DNA of 64,000 bases from Escherichia phage vB_EcoM_JS09, in the sequence record NC_024124.2. One strand, given 5' to 3'. Below are positions 1-8,989 of this stretch, piece after piece (positions within the stretch are counted from its first letter, which is position 1; each line of letters opens with the position of its first letter). A program made the position numbers and the translations under genes. Under the pieces are notes generated by a model that saw nothing but the letters and a program-made list of their open reading frames with translations, was not told where the DNA came from and searched no databases.

Positions 1-1
1 C

Positions 2-78
<77 letters not shown>

Positions 79-96
79 ACTTTAAGTGAGGAAAAT

Positions 97-441
97 ATGA
101 AAGGCAATATTTATCTGGTAGTTCATGACTTAACGTTTTATTTTAACGAACGTGAAACAGTTATTTCCGATAGGTTAATTAATTCGCTGTATCAGCATGC
201 TGATTATGTCTATTTTCAAAATGAATTCGGACATTGGAAGTTTCTTAAAAACCGTTCCGGGTTAACTAGTTTTGAATACTTTGACCGTAAAGACCTTTTA
301 AACGAAATTCCATTACAACATCGGTTCCAGAAACGCGAATCACTATACTATTGTCGTCATATACCAAATGCTGAATGTGTTGATGAAGTAATTAATCTAT
401 GGCGTAGACGTAGAGAACAAATTGATGATATGTCAAAATAA
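97..441 (+). CDS. hypothetical protein (114 aa)
   Basis: ORF-track frame 49..441 trimmed to the internal ATG at 97 because its 5' part overlaps the tRNA; GAGGAAA 6 nt upstream. Confidence 0.5.
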   Translation: MKGNIYLVVHDLTFYFNERETVISDRLINSLYQHADYVYFQNEFGHWKFLKNRSGLTSFEYFDRKDLLNEIPLQHRFQKRESLYYCRHIPNAECVDEVINLWRRRREQIDDMSK

Positions 442-444
442 GAA

Positions 445-744
445 GCCGGGTCGCTACCGGCAAGTCGTCGGACTGATGTTCCCTGAGTAAGGACTGGTCT
501 TAATAAATCTTTATGATTTGTTAATATCCCCTTACATCACAGCAGAAACGGCGCAAAGAATTATCGATTCGAGGAAATATCTTTGCCGTAAGCCGAGTAG
601 CGTTTTTGACGGAACGTTCGGATATGGTCGAGATATGGCCTTTTAAAAATATTGAGTAGCGTCAACTGCTTAATAACCGGGTTCGAATCCCGGCGTTTCG
701 TACAAACACTTGCCTTAGTAGGTGGAAACCCCGACAAGGTATAT
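445..744 (+). ncRNA. candidate small stable RNA region next to the tRNA (T4 species-1/2-like by position)
   Basis: About 300 nt without a credible ORF, ending at an intrinsic terminator; contains a perfect tRNA-type T-arm CCGGG-TTCGAAT-CCCGG (677-693) and local hairpins, but no complete cloverleaf could be folded. Confidence 0.3.
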
Positions 745-774
745 AGCCCCTTCCGAAAGGTTGGGGCTTTTTTG
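745..774 (+). terminator. intrinsic terminator
   Basis: AGCCCC (745-750) / GGGGCT (763-768) stem followed by a T-run; an almost identical element recurs at 16915. Confidence 0.7.
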
Positions 775-782
775 TATAAATA
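775..782 (+). promoter_or_regulatory. T4-type late promoter box TATAAATA
   Basis: Exact TATAAATA about 35 nt upstream of the 818 start codon. Confidence 0.5.
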
Positions 783-817
783 TAGTAAACAATAAACCTA
801 CTTTCTAAGGACCATCA

Positions 818-1444
818 ATGTATACTTTTAATGAATTTTTAGCCGAAACGGAAGTAATCACCGAAGCCGGTGTACGTATGACAAAAGAGAAATGGCAAGC
901 TGCTTACGATGCTATTTCTGGTACAAAAACTAGTACAGAGTTTTTCAAAAACGTTCAAGCCATGTATGGTATCGACACTTCCAGCCAAAAAGAATATTAC
1001 AGAGCTTCTAAAGCATTCAAAGATATTGTTAGTGGCGGTGTTTCTGCTAAATCGGGTTCGCCTAAAGTAAAACCTGCTCCTACCGTTCCTAAACCTGCGA
1101 CCCCTAAAGCAATAGCAAAACCTGAGCCTAAGCCGGAAGTAAAAGCAACTCCTAAAGCTCCCGCTCTTAAGTTTGATACTTCTAGCCTGGAAAAAAAATA
1201 TAAACAACTATCTTCGCTTGTTCGTGATATTGAATCCGATACATCTTCACTCGTTCGTGAATTCAACAGTCTTCGTAATGGCCAACATATCAACAACCTT
1301 GATACCCCAGACCTTTATCGTCTTTATTTGACTATCGAAGGTTTGAAGTATACTCAACCACTTCACGATGCGATTAAAGAAAAACTTCGTCAGGCAGGTC
1401 GTTTGGCTGCTGACGCTGCTCAGTATGCAAAAACTCGTAAGTAA
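818..1444 (+). CDS. internal head protein-like (208 aa, IPIII-sized) with Pro/Lys-rich linker
   Basis: N-terminus MYTFNEFLAE resembles the T4 internal-protein capsid-targeting sequence MKTYQEFIAE; AAGGA upstream; late promoter box upstream. Confidence 0.65.
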   Translation: MYTFNEFLAETEVITEAGVRMTKEKWQAAYDAISGTKTSTEFFKNVQAMYGIDTSSQKEYYRASKAFKDIVSGGVSAKSGSPKVKPAPTVPKPATPKAIAKPEPKPEVKATPKAPALKFDTSSLEKKYKQLSSLVRDIESDTSSLVREFNSLRNGQHINNLDTPDLYRLYLTIEGLKYTQPLHDAIKEKLRQAGRLAADAAQYAKTRK

Positions 1445-1449
1445 AGAAT

Positions 1450-1468
1450 GGGGACTTCGGTCCCCTTT
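1450..1468 (+). terminator. intrinsic terminator with TTCG tetraloop
   Basis: GGGGAC-TTCG-GTCCCC followed by TTT. Confidence 0.7.
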
Positions 1469-1496
1469 AGGGGGTCTATAACTTACTGAAAAAGTT

Positions 1497-1525
1497 GTTT
1501 ACTTCTTCCCTAGATGTGTTACTAT
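1497..1525 (+). promoter_or_regulatory. T4-type early promoter
   Basis: GTTTAC (1497-1502), 17-nt spacer, TGnTACTAT extended -10 (1517-1525). Confidence 0.6.
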
Positions 1526-1553
1526 GGTCCTATTAAAACATGAGGAGAATAGT

Positions 1554-1859
1554 ATGAGTCTTTATACTGAACTGAATAAAAAATCTGAAGAATCTGCTGA
1601 AACTATTTTTAAAAACGTGCAAAAGCGTATTTTAGAAAAGATGTATAACACTGCAGCTAAAGGTGAAAAATCTTGCCGGTTCCCGATGAGGTGTTCTTCT
1701 GATTTATGCGCAAATACTATTGAATGGCTGGAAAGTGAAGGTCTTACGGTAGAGAAAAACCCGGCGATTTCTATTGACAGTGAATCATATATTAGTATTT
1801 CTTGGGATAAACCACGTACGAATGAAGGATACTACAAGTTGTTAAGTTGGAAAAATTAA
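1554..1859 (+). CDS. hypothetical protein (101 aa)
   Basis: ORF track trimmed to ATG at 1554 preceded by GAGGAG. Confidence 0.6.
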   Translation: MSLYTELNKKSEESAETIFKNVQKRILEKMYNTAAKGEKSCRFPMRCSSDLCANTIEWLESEGLTVEKNPAISIDSESYISISWDKPRTNEGYYKLLSWKN

Positions 1860-1927
1860 AAATAATGATGTACAAACACCAAGGATGGTGATACTATAGA
1901 CTTATCAACTACAGAGGAGTAAACAAA

Positions 1928-2092
1928 ATGACTACTTTAATTATTTGGTTCGATGAAAATGAAGAAACATACTGTGTGAATATTGGTGAAAGTCCAATGC
2001 CTGAATTTGAATCCTCAGATAAAAACTCTGTTGTATCTTGGGCTGAAGGTTATAAAGCCGCTAAAGGTGACGTTGAAATAATTTACATCTAA
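1928..2092 (+). CDS. hypothetical small protein (54 aa)
   Basis: Not in ORF track (<60 aa); ATG preceded by GAGGAG; fills an otherwise empty intergenic gap. Confidence 0.45.
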   Translation: MTTLIIWFDENEETYCVNIGESPMPEFESSDKNSVVSWAEGYKAAKGDVEIIYI

Positions 2093-2138
2093 GTACGTTT
2101 ATGTTATAGTAATCACATCAAATCAAGAGGAAAATAAA

Positions 2139-2366
2139 ATGGCTAAAGTTAGTATTGATGTCGTTGATTATGAATACACCGAAGAAGTTATTCGCAACCG
2201 ACACCCTGAAGTTCATATCGATTCAGTCCAAGATTCCAAGTTCTGGACAACTGAGCTTAATCTGAGTGGTCCTTATGAAGCTGTTAAGAAGTTCATGGTT
2301 GAAGAATACTGCGAAGGCATGCACCCCGAAGACGCCAAGTTTTATGTCAATTTGATTAAAAAATAA
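2139..2366 (+). CDS. hypothetical protein (75 aa)
   Basis: ORF track; AGAGGAAAA upstream. Confidence 0.6.
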   Translation: MAKVSIDVVDYEYTEEVIRNRHPEVHIDSVQDSKFWTTELNLSGPYEAVKKFMVEEYCEGMHPEDAKFYVNLIKK

Positions 2367-2436
2367 TTTACAAACTCTTGAGAGCAGAGTATAATGCTCT
2401 CGTTGGATAATAAACCACCAATTGAAAGGTAATAAT

Positions 2437-3030
2437 ATGAACACACTGAAGAAACTTGTCGAATTCATCCGCACTAAACTGGGTACTGCTATGGCTAAAA
2501 ATCTGACTGTCGAAGAACAGTATAACGCAGCTGCAGATAAGTTGATTACCCAAATCAAAGAACTAAAAACGGCTTCTGTTAAATCTATTAATGAAGAAAA
2601 ACGTATTCGCGAACTTGTTAATGAAAAGAACAAGCAAGCCGCTTCTAAGGAACGTGAAATTCGTAAGCTCCTGGCCGAAGGACAAGATGTTACCATGCAT
2701 GCTAAGCTTGGTCTTCTGTATCGTCGAACTGCCGAACAACTTAATACAAAAGCTGACGGGTATGCCGCTATGCGAATTGAAATTGCTCGTAAGGTGGTTG
2801 AACTTGACGATGCTCGTCAGAATCTGGCAATCAAACTCGAATACATTCGTGAAACTCGAGCAGCTAATGCCCTTGGTATCTCTACGGCTGATGATGTAAT
2901 TGAAATCGCTGCACTGACTAAGGTTGATATCGAAGACACTCTGACTCGTGTTGAAACGTTCAATGGCACTCCAGCTGGTGTCGAAACCACTTCTGCTGAT
3001 GTACAAGAATATATTAACTCTTTGAAATAA
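2437..3030 (+). CDS. hypothetical coiled-coil protein (197 aa)
   Basis: ORF track frame (2422 is a TTG); first ATG at 2437 with AAAGG upstream; Lys/Glu/Ala-rich heptad-like sequence. Confidence 0.6.
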   Translation: MNTLKKLVEFIRTKLGTAMAKNLTVEEQYNAAADKLITQIKELKTASVKSINEEKRIRELVNEKNKQAASKEREIRKLLAEGQDVTMHAKLGLLYRRTAEQLNTKADGYAAMRIEIARKVVELDDARQNLAIKLEYIRETRAANALGISTADDVIEIAALTKVDIEDTLTRVETFNGTPAGVETTSADVQEYINSLK

Positions 3031-3038
3031 AATAATAC

Positions 3039-3060
3039 GGAGGACTCCGGTCCTCCTTTT
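3039..3060 (+). terminator. intrinsic terminator
   Basis: GGAGGAC-TCCG-GTCCTCC followed by TTTT. Confidence 0.65.
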
Positions 3061-3079
3061 GGATAATAAAGGAGTTAAC

Positions 3080-3676
3080 ATGCGAAACCAAAATAATGAT
3101 ATTGACTCAATGTTCGAAGAGTTCCGAGATAAGGTAAATCCACCTACGTCTTTAGTTGATTCATTACGATATGTTGCAACTGGACGTAAATGGTACTGGT
3201 CGTCTTCTTATGAGACAACTGAATATGCAAATAACCGAAAATCTTTATTAGCCCCAGGTATTATGATTCATGATATCGGAGCTATTGCTAAACTAGTTGC
3301 AGACCATGATATTAGATTCACTGATTTCGTTGCTCCTACGTGGTCTGTTTGTTGTTTAAACACTGAATGGGACTATATCAGTGAACGTTCAGATGATTAC
3401 GTAGGCTTTAGAGACAAGCTTTTAAGGTCTAACATGTTTTATATTGATACAGAAGTTCTGGTCAATAATAAAAAATACTACTTCACTTTAATCGTCGATT
3501 CTGAAACTATGTATGAAGGCAAGCCTTTGCTTAAAAGAGTTGATGCTTTAAGTGCTATTGATGCGCTTTATGAAACTATGGTTGTTAGTCCTAATTTCAC
3601 TAACAATTTAATCCTTGAGCAATTTATTATGGAATGTAGAGAATATGTCAAAGCCAACCCTGTACATGCCAATTAA
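3080..3676 (+). CDS. hypothetical protein (198 aa)
   Basis: ORF track trimmed to ATG at 3080 after AAAGGAG. Confidence 0.6.
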   Translation: MRNQNNDIDSMFEEFRDKVNPPTSLVDSLRYVATGRKWYWSSSYETTEYANNRKSLLAPGIMIHDIGAIAKLVADHDIRFTDFVAPTWSVCCLNTEWDYISERSDDYVGFRDKLLRSNMFYIDTEVLVNNKKYYFTLIVDSETMYEGKPLLKRVDALSAIDALYETMVVSPNFTNNLILEQFIMECREYVKANPVHAN

Positions 3677-4040
3677 GCCCTGGGCATACGAATACAAACG
3701 TAAATTAATCCCAAATGAAGTACTATTTGGCCCTATTTTAGCTTTAGCATTTTTAATCTTTATGATTATAGGAGCTATTTTAGATTCCAATAAAGTTATA
3801 TCGTCTGATGCAGTGTTTTTACTTATTATACCCGGGTCGTTTATTGTACCATTTTTATTAATGCCTATTAACTGGGTGGGATATTGGTACCAAGGACGTC
3901 ATCATAGAGCCCGATTAAGAGAATGGAAAGTTCAGTGCGCAAAAGCCCAAGCTCAGTATGATGAAGCTGTTAAAAAGTATGAATACGAAGAAGCTATGGA
4001 ATTCGTTAAGGAAATAAGATGCAAAAGCCTCAACTCTTAA
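3645..4040 (+). CDS. small membrane protein, C-terminal tail EFVKEIRCKS
   Basis: ORF track frame (3615 is a TTG); ATG at 3645; two hydrophobic segments. Confidence 0.5.
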   Translation: MSKPTLYMPIKPWAYEYKRKLIPNEVLFGPILALAFLIFMIIGAILDSNKVISSDAVFLLIIPGSFIVPFLLMPINWVGYWYQGRHHRARLREWKVQCAKAQAQYDEAVKKYEYEEAMEFVKEIRCKSLNS

Positions 4041-4378
4041 CCGTATGGCCTTCTCTTGGTGAGAACATTCTAATTTTTATTATGAGTATTGGCATGGGAT
4101 TTGCCTTTGGATTAGTTGGATTTCTTATTGACGGCGTTGTGTTAGGATTTATAGGGAACACTGGTGGATTCACAGACCAATGGCAGGACTTACGGTATAC
4201 CCAAGCCTTTGCATCCATCGCATCATTTTGTACTGTAGTCTATTTTTACTACGATTTTATAAACCATAACAAGAAAAATAAAAAGGTTTACGCTTCTCAA
4301 ATGATTAGTTATAATGAACTCCTAGCTAGACGTGAAAATGAAACAATAGAAAACTTTATTAAGGAATGTAGAAAATGA
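4019..4378 (+). CDS. small membrane protein, C-terminal ENFIKECRK
   Basis: ORF track; AAGGAAA upstream; Gly-rich hydrophobic segment. Confidence 0.6.
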   Translation: MQKPQLLTVWPSLGENILIFIMSIGMGFAFGLVGFLIDGVVLGFIGNTGGFTDQWQDLRYTQAFASIASFCTVVYFYYDFINHNKKNKKVYASQMISYNELLARRENETIENFIKECRK

Positions 4379-4680
4379 GTAAGATTATTGAAATTAAAGT
4401 ACCAGAGTTTAATGATGCCAAATCCGCTTCAGACGCAATTTATAAACTTCTAAATCAAGCTGAACGTATCGAAGAAGAAGCAACAAAGATCGCAGACCAA
4501 TATGCAGTATCGTTTTCTGTAGGTGATTATGGTAGCGGTCGTACTTATTATCCTAAGGGTGAAATCGTATCCCAGTGGATGAAAGATGAAATTGAAAATA
4601 ATGGTGGCGATGTTAAGCGTGAAGGTAATGGTTACGTTATTACTGAAGGTGCTTGGGTTTCGTCTTCTGCGTTGTGCTAA
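4375..4680 (+). CDS. hypothetical protein, tandem family member 1 (ends GAWVSSSALC)
   Basis: ORF track; ATGA overlap with upstream gene. Confidence 0.6.
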   Translation: MSKIIEIKVPEFNDAKSASDAIYKLLNQAERIEEEATKIADQYAVSFSVGDYGSGRTYYPKGEIVSQWMKDEIENNGGDVKREGNGYVITEGAWVSSSALC

Positions 4681-4689
4681 GGAATTATT

Positions 4690-4962
4690 ATGTCTAAAGA
4701 ACAAACCGAACTGGCTGAAGCCGTAGCAAAAATCTATGCAGCTATTGAGGCTGCCAAAGAAATTGCTGATAAACAAAACACAACATTCAACTTGTATCCA
4801 GCTTATGGTATGGGTGGAACCTATCATTCACCCGGACATCTTAAAGCCGATCTTGAACGTTGTACAAAAAACGGCTATGCCGAATGGGCCGACGTTTACC
4901 AATACGACTATAACCTGAGTCTCGAAACTGGTGGTTGGGTTGCATCTTCTCACACTTGCTAA
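4690..4962 (+). CDS. hypothetical protein, tandem family member 2 (ends GGWVASSHTC)
   Basis: ORF track; CTAAGGAA upstream, the same context as member 3. Confidence 0.6.
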   Translation: MSKEQTELAEAVAKIYAAIEAAKEIADKQNTTFNLYPAYGMGGTYHSPGHLKADLERCTKNGYAEWADVYQYDYNLSLETGGWVASSHTC

Positions 4963-4971
4963 GGAAACCGT

Positions 4972-5169
4972 ATGTCTCGTGAATTAGATTGTGCTGTACG
5001 TACCGCAGTAGCTGCTCTAGAAAACCTGTTCCAAATTGCAACAGAAGAACGCGAAGAAGTTACATTATGGATTGAAGATAACGCAGGTCTGAATCTCCAG
5101 GACGCGATCTCATTATCTAATAATAGCATTACTGTTCAAGGCTGGGTATCATCTAGTTATTCTTGCTAA
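4972..5169 (+). CDS. hypothetical protein, tandem family member 3 (ends QGWVSSSYSC)
   Basis: ORF track; CTAAGGAA upstream. Confidence 0.6.
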   Translation: MSRELDCAVRTAVAALENLFQIATEEREEVTLWIEDNAGLNLQDAISLSNNSITVQGWVSSSYSC

Positions 5170-5173
5170 AACA

Positions 5174-5203
5174 GTTTACAACAAGATAGGGCTATGTTAT
5201 AGT
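5174..5203 (+). promoter_or_regulatory. T4-type early promoter inside an inverted repeat
   Basis: GTTTAC (5174-5179), TGnTATAGT around 5195-5203; arms GATAGGGCTAT / ATAGTAGTCCTATC flank the -10. Confidence 0.6.
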
Positions 5204-5231
5204 AGTCCTATCAAATTAAATGGAGTCTGCA

Positions 5232-5471
5232 ATGATTTATTACGAAAGTATTGGAACTAAAGTGGTTGCTAAAACCATTACTCGTGAAAAGTTTGCAAAG
5301 ATATTCGATATGCGTTATAAAAAATCTGAACACAAAGGCATCCGATTCGAAGATGCGCACTGTACAATTTGCCCTTATAATGAAGACATAAACGGTACAA
5401 TCGTTCCATTGGTAGAGGCTTCACATGATGACCTCTGGGATGAATATAATATCGCATGTCGTGAAATTTAA
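5232..5471 (+). CDS. hypothetical protein (79 aa)
   Basis: ORF track trimmed to ATG at 5232 after GGAG. Confidence 0.5.
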   Translation: MIYYESIGTKVVAKTITREKFAKIFDMRYKKSEHKGIRFEDAHCTICPYNEDINGTIVPLVEASHDDLWDEYNIACREI

Positions 5472-5495
5472 GTTAATTAATCCGAGGAAAATATT

Positions 5496-6452
5496 ATGAT
5501 GTTAGTTATTGGTTCTCGTGCACTTCACTATCATGGTCTTATTGATTCTAGCGCTATCAAAAATAGCGATTGGGACTTTATTGCGGACCAAGGTTCTTGG
5601 AATGCATTCAAAAATCAAATGATGGGTGTATATGTTCACCAAGACAACCCTGATGTCCAAGTTTTCAAATGCTTCCATAATGGACGCGAAACTCATTTTG
5701 AAGCATATATTGTTCCGGCAATCACTAATGTTCGTGAATTAGTCGGTGAACTCACTCCTGAAGATTTCACGTCTTCTTATGACCTTTTAAAATACGCCAA
5801 GAAAAATTTGACTAAAGATCGTTTGACCGGGTTTTACTGGGCAACTCCTGAGATATGTCTTGCAATTAAAATGTCTCATCGTTTCAAGAAAAATAATCCA
5901 TTCTTTTTAAAGACTATGAACCATATTCAGTATCTTCGTGGTAAAGGTGTTACACTGAACGATGAACTTACTGAAATTATGCTGAAACGCCAGAAAGAAA
6001 CTTTGAACTATGCTCACCCAGTTCTTGACACTTCTAAAAGTGCGTTCTTTAAAGATGACATCTATACATATGACCATGATACTATTCACGAAGCCATTGC
6101 ACTAACAGACCGTCCGGCTTATACGTTTTACATGAAAGACGGTTCTGAAGTCATGACCTCACGCGAGAAGTTCGAATCGTTACCAGAAATGGTCAAATTG
6201 GCCGGCGTATATGAAGAATCATGTGTACTAGCGTTAGAACGTTCTCAGATTCCTAATAACTTTGAAATTAACCCTGAAGCCAGTTTCATGATGGCATTAG
6301 AAAAAGTCTGCACAATCATCACCTCCGGTTGGTTCCGTGAGTTCGCTTGGGAAAATTATAGCAAAGTAGTAAGTATGTACCAAAGCTTAGGACATGACGA
6401 TTACGTCAAGCGTTTCAAACAAAACTTTCATATGGTAAAACCTTTCAAATAA
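5496..6452 (+). CDS. hypothetical protein with possible Pol-beta-type nucleotidyltransferase motif (318 aa)
   Basis: ORF track; GAGGAAAA upstream; N-terminal GSRALHYHGLIDSSAIKNSDWDF fits hG[GS]-x(9-16)-DhD only loosely. Confidence 0.55.
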   Translation: MMLVIGSRALHYHGLIDSSAIKNSDWDFIADQGSWNAFKNQMMGVYVHQDNPDVQVFKCFHNGRETHFEAYIVPAITNVRELVGELTPEDFTSSYDLLKYAKKNLTKDRLTGFYWATPEICLAIKMSHRFKKNNPFFLKTMNHIQYLRGKGVTLNDELTEIMLKRQKETLNYAHPVLDTSKSAFFKDDIYTYDHDTIHEAIALTDRPAYTFYMKDGSEVMTSREKFESLPEMVKLAGVYEESCVLALERSQIPNNFEINPEASFMMALEKVCTIITSGWFREFAWENYSKVVSMYQSLGHDDYVKRFKQNFHMVKPFK

Positions 6453-6532
6453 TTTCACAAAACAGTTTACAAGGTCTGTAGTTGTTGATACTATAGACCT
6501 ATCAAAACAAATGAGTGAATGGAGATATAAAA

Positions 6533-6733
6533 ATGACTACTTTGAATAAACGTTTCGGTAAAGCTAAACCTGGTTGTGCAGCAAAACGTCGTTATGTTTT
6601 CGCTCAGTTAGAAGATGTAGAGTATCAGATTAATCAAGTTCACATTACTGGTATCGAGCCTATGTGTGGCCTTGAAGCTCTTCGTGAAGTTCGTGATGGG
6701 TATCGTCGTGACATCGAAGAAATGTCAAAATAA
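6533..6733 (+). CDS. hypothetical protein (66 aa)
   Basis: ORF track trimmed to ATG at 6533 after GGAG. Confidence 0.5.
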   Translation: MTTLNKRFGKAKPGCAAKRRYVFAQLEDVEYQINQVHITGIEPMCGLEALREVRDGYRRDIEEMSK

Positions 6734-6789
6734 GTGTACAAACTGATAGGGCTATATTATAGTAGTCCTATCAACTTGAGGAGAATATT

Positions 6790-7095
6790 ATGAAATTAAC
6801 AGAAACCAACCGAATTGGTCTTTTAACAATACTTGCATCACCTTTTTACGCAGCCCTTTCTGTTGCAGTATTACAAAAGGCTTACGATATGGATGGTGTT
6901 CCTGGTTTTATATTCTTATCGCCGTTTTTGCTATTCGTTGGAGCATTGTTATTATATGCCACGACTGGTTTTGACCATAATGTCTGGGTCAATTATAAAC
7001 GTAAATTGTCTGAAGAAGAACACGCAGAAGCTCGTAAAAAAGCTATTGAATCTACCAATCTAGAAAATTTCATTAAAGAATGTCGAGGAAAATAA
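6790..7095 (+). CDS. small membrane protein, C-terminal ENFIKECRGK
   Basis: ORF track; GAGGAGAA upstream; two hydrophobic segments. Confidence 0.6.
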   Translation: MKLTETNRIGLLTILASPFYAALSVAVLQKAYDMDGVPGFIFLSPFLLFVGALLLYATTGFDHNVWVNYKRKLSEEEHAEARKKAIESTNLENFIKECRGK

Positions 7096-7096
7096 T

Positions 7097-7783
7097 ATGA
7101 ATAGTTCTAAAGTGTTTAATAGTCAAGCTCGTGCAGTAGGTGGTTTTGCCGGCGGTATTTCTAATGATAAAATCAAGAACGAGCCTATGTTCTTCAACTG
7201 TAGTTTAGAATTTGCTTATAATAACGGCGGTCCTATTACTCGTAGCTTCATCATGAACTTGCCGGACGATTGGAACACTGACCAGGTTGTATTTGATTCA
7301 CGAGTCCACATGCTGATGCCTGGTTGGTACCCTGCTATTCCTGGATATCACCATGATGACGTACCGCGCCCAGATATTCCAGTTGGTCAACACTTTATTA
7401 CTGCAGGACAACCTGATTATGACAATCCTCGCTATTTGTCTGAACATATTCTTGGTCTTGTTAACGCTGATGTGTGTCCTACTCATTTTGCAACAGGAAC
7501 TGCAGAGTTCAGTCAGATTCCTGATGGCGAACTTATCTATCGTCAGTGGCACAAAGAAGTCCTCGAAAAAATTGAAAAAGGTGAACTAGAGAAATGGGAA
7601 GCTCCAGATCGTACTCTTCTTCAGTTTGATTGGCAGACATGGCATACAGGTTCCCGCGCAGTAAGTAACGGTTGGCGTTGGTTCGGACGTGTATCTCGTA
7701 ATACAGACCGAGTTAAAAAGATTACCAATGAAATTCGTGTCAATGCTCAAGTTTATCTGGAATTCCCTATGGAAGGCTGGTAA
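7097..7783 (+). CDS. hypothetical protein (228 aa), His/Asp-rich
   Basis: ORF track; GAGGAAAA upstream; no confident family assignment. Confidence 0.6.
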   Translation: MNSSKVFNSQARAVGGFAGGISNDKIKNEPMFFNCSLEFAYNNGGPITRSFIMNLPDDWNTDQVVFDSRVHMLMPGWYPAIPGYHHDDVPRPDIPVGQHFITAGQPDYDNPRYLSEHILGLVNADVCPTHFATGTAEFSQIPDGELIYRQWHKEVLEKIEKGELEKWEAPDRTLLQFDWQTWHTGSRAVSNGWRWFGRVSRNTDRVKKITNEIRVNAQVYLEFPMEGW

Positions 7784-8274
7784 TGATTAGCAAAACATAT
7801 TGGTCTAATATAGACGATGTCAACGAAGGTATTTCATACTATTCAGTAGATTGGACAGGATGTCCATCCTACTTAGTGAAACATATTTGCCAAGAATTTA
7901 AAATCGACCAGCCAGCAGGTATTATCGTGAACAGATACATTAATGGATATCAACCTATCGATGAAGTAATACGAACAACTCAAGCTGAGCTTGAAAAGTT
8001 TTTCAATAAGTGCCAATGGACAACAGGATGGATTATATTTGTACCGTCGGTATGGTTTTTTAGTACTAAGGTGAGTTCTTTCGGTTTTGTTGATATTATT
8101 GCTATCTTATTAGCATCTATTATCATAAGTGTTGTTGGTGGCATCATTGGCGGCGGCACTGTCGCTATCATTATTAATCTTATTAAAAGTAGTTTACAAG
8201 AACATAAAGACAAGATAAAAGCCAAGAATAATGAAGTTGAACGTTTTATTACAGAATGCAGGAATTTGAGATGA
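7783..8274 (+). CDS. membrane protein, C-terminal ERFITECRNLR
   Basis: ORF track; TAATG overlap; Gly/Ile-rich transmembrane segment. Confidence 0.6.
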   Translation: MISKTYWSNIDDVNEGISYYSVDWTGCPSYLVKHICQEFKIDQPAGIIVNRYINGYQPIDEVIRTTQAELEKFFNKCQWTTGWIIFVPSVWFFSTKVSSFGFVDIIAILLASIIISVVGGIIGGGTVAIIINLIKSSLQEHKDKIKAKNNEVERFITECRNLR

Positions 8275-8507
8275 GTATAGCAATTTACATTAAATCAGAA
8301 TCATGTGATAGTTATCTGTACACATACGATAAAGATGTGTCAGAAGAAAAAATCAAAGACGACCTTAATACGGACCTTGATTTGTTCCGTCCTATTGCAG
8401 ATTACAAACTTGCGGTCTCTAATAGTGAAAGTCCATCTAAAGAAACGCGCATTGAAGAATTTATGTCCAAATTAATGGCCAAATCATGGGACCGAGATGA
8501 TGAGTAA
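8271..8507 (+). CDS. hypothetical protein (78 aa)
   Basis: ORF track trimmed to ATG at 8271 (ATGA overlap). Confidence 0.45.
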   Translation: MSIAIYIKSESCDSYLYTYDKDVSEEKIKDDLNTDLDLFRPIADYKLAVSNSESPSKETRIEEFMSKLMAKSWDRDDE

Positions 8508-8955
8508 GAAAAATAAAGTGAAAGAGCTATCAGCCGGTATTATCTTCATGACAAAAGATAAAGAGTTATTCATGGGGCGTGTAACTGGTTCTCGTCCTAA
8601 AGGTGCATTAGCTCATCGGTGGGATATTCCTAAAGGCCGTGTCGAACCCGGCGAATCTCCTATTGAAGCCGCTATTCGTGAATGCGAAGAAGAAACTGGG
8701 TTTACACAATATGACCCTGCCTTCCTGAAAGACCTAGGCGAACATCATTACTCAGACAATAAGAATATTCATCTGTTCCAATATACCATCCCTGTAGAGC
8801 ACGAGCAATTCAGAAACAGTGTTTGTAATTCCTATCATACATTCCCGGACGGACGACAGATTCCTGAATTTGATGCATTCGCTTTAATTAAACCTTCTCA
8901 ATGGGAATATGTAATGGGCAAATCATTATATAAGGTGCTCACTACCCTCCTATAA
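8497..8955 (+). CDS. nudE: Nudix hydrolase
   Basis: Nudix box GRVEPGESPIEAAIRECEEETGF; sits immediately upstream of lysozyme as in T4 (e.1). Confidence 0.8.
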   Translation: MMSKKNKVKELSAGIIFMTKDKELFMGRVTGSRPKGALAHRWDIPKGRVEPGESPIEAAIRECEEETGFTQYDPAFLKDLGEHHYSDNKNIHLFQYTIPVEHEQFRNSVCNSYHTFPDGRQIPEFDAFALIKPSQWEYVMGKSLYKVLTTLL

Positions 8956-8989
8956 GTAATAAATACCTCCTATAAACGTGGGAGGTATT

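Noticed and set aside
629-701. Possible second tRNA using the T-arm at 677-693
   Set aside because: An acceptor-like pairing exists (629-635 with 694-700, six of seven pairs) but no D-arm or anticodon arm could be folded; reported only as part of a candidate stable RNA region.
839-1296. Minus-strand ORFs 839..1207 and 997..1296 opposite the internal-protein-like gene
   Set aside because: Low-complexity Arg/Phe-rich or Gly/Ala-rich translations that mirror the Pro/Lys-rich + strand gene; no RBS; typical antisense artefacts.
2223-3081. Minus-strand ORFs 2223..2696, 2368..2553 and 2563..3081, and + strand ORF 2591..2899
   Set aside because: All overlap the well-supported + strand genes 2139..2366 and 2437..3030 and have no start signals.
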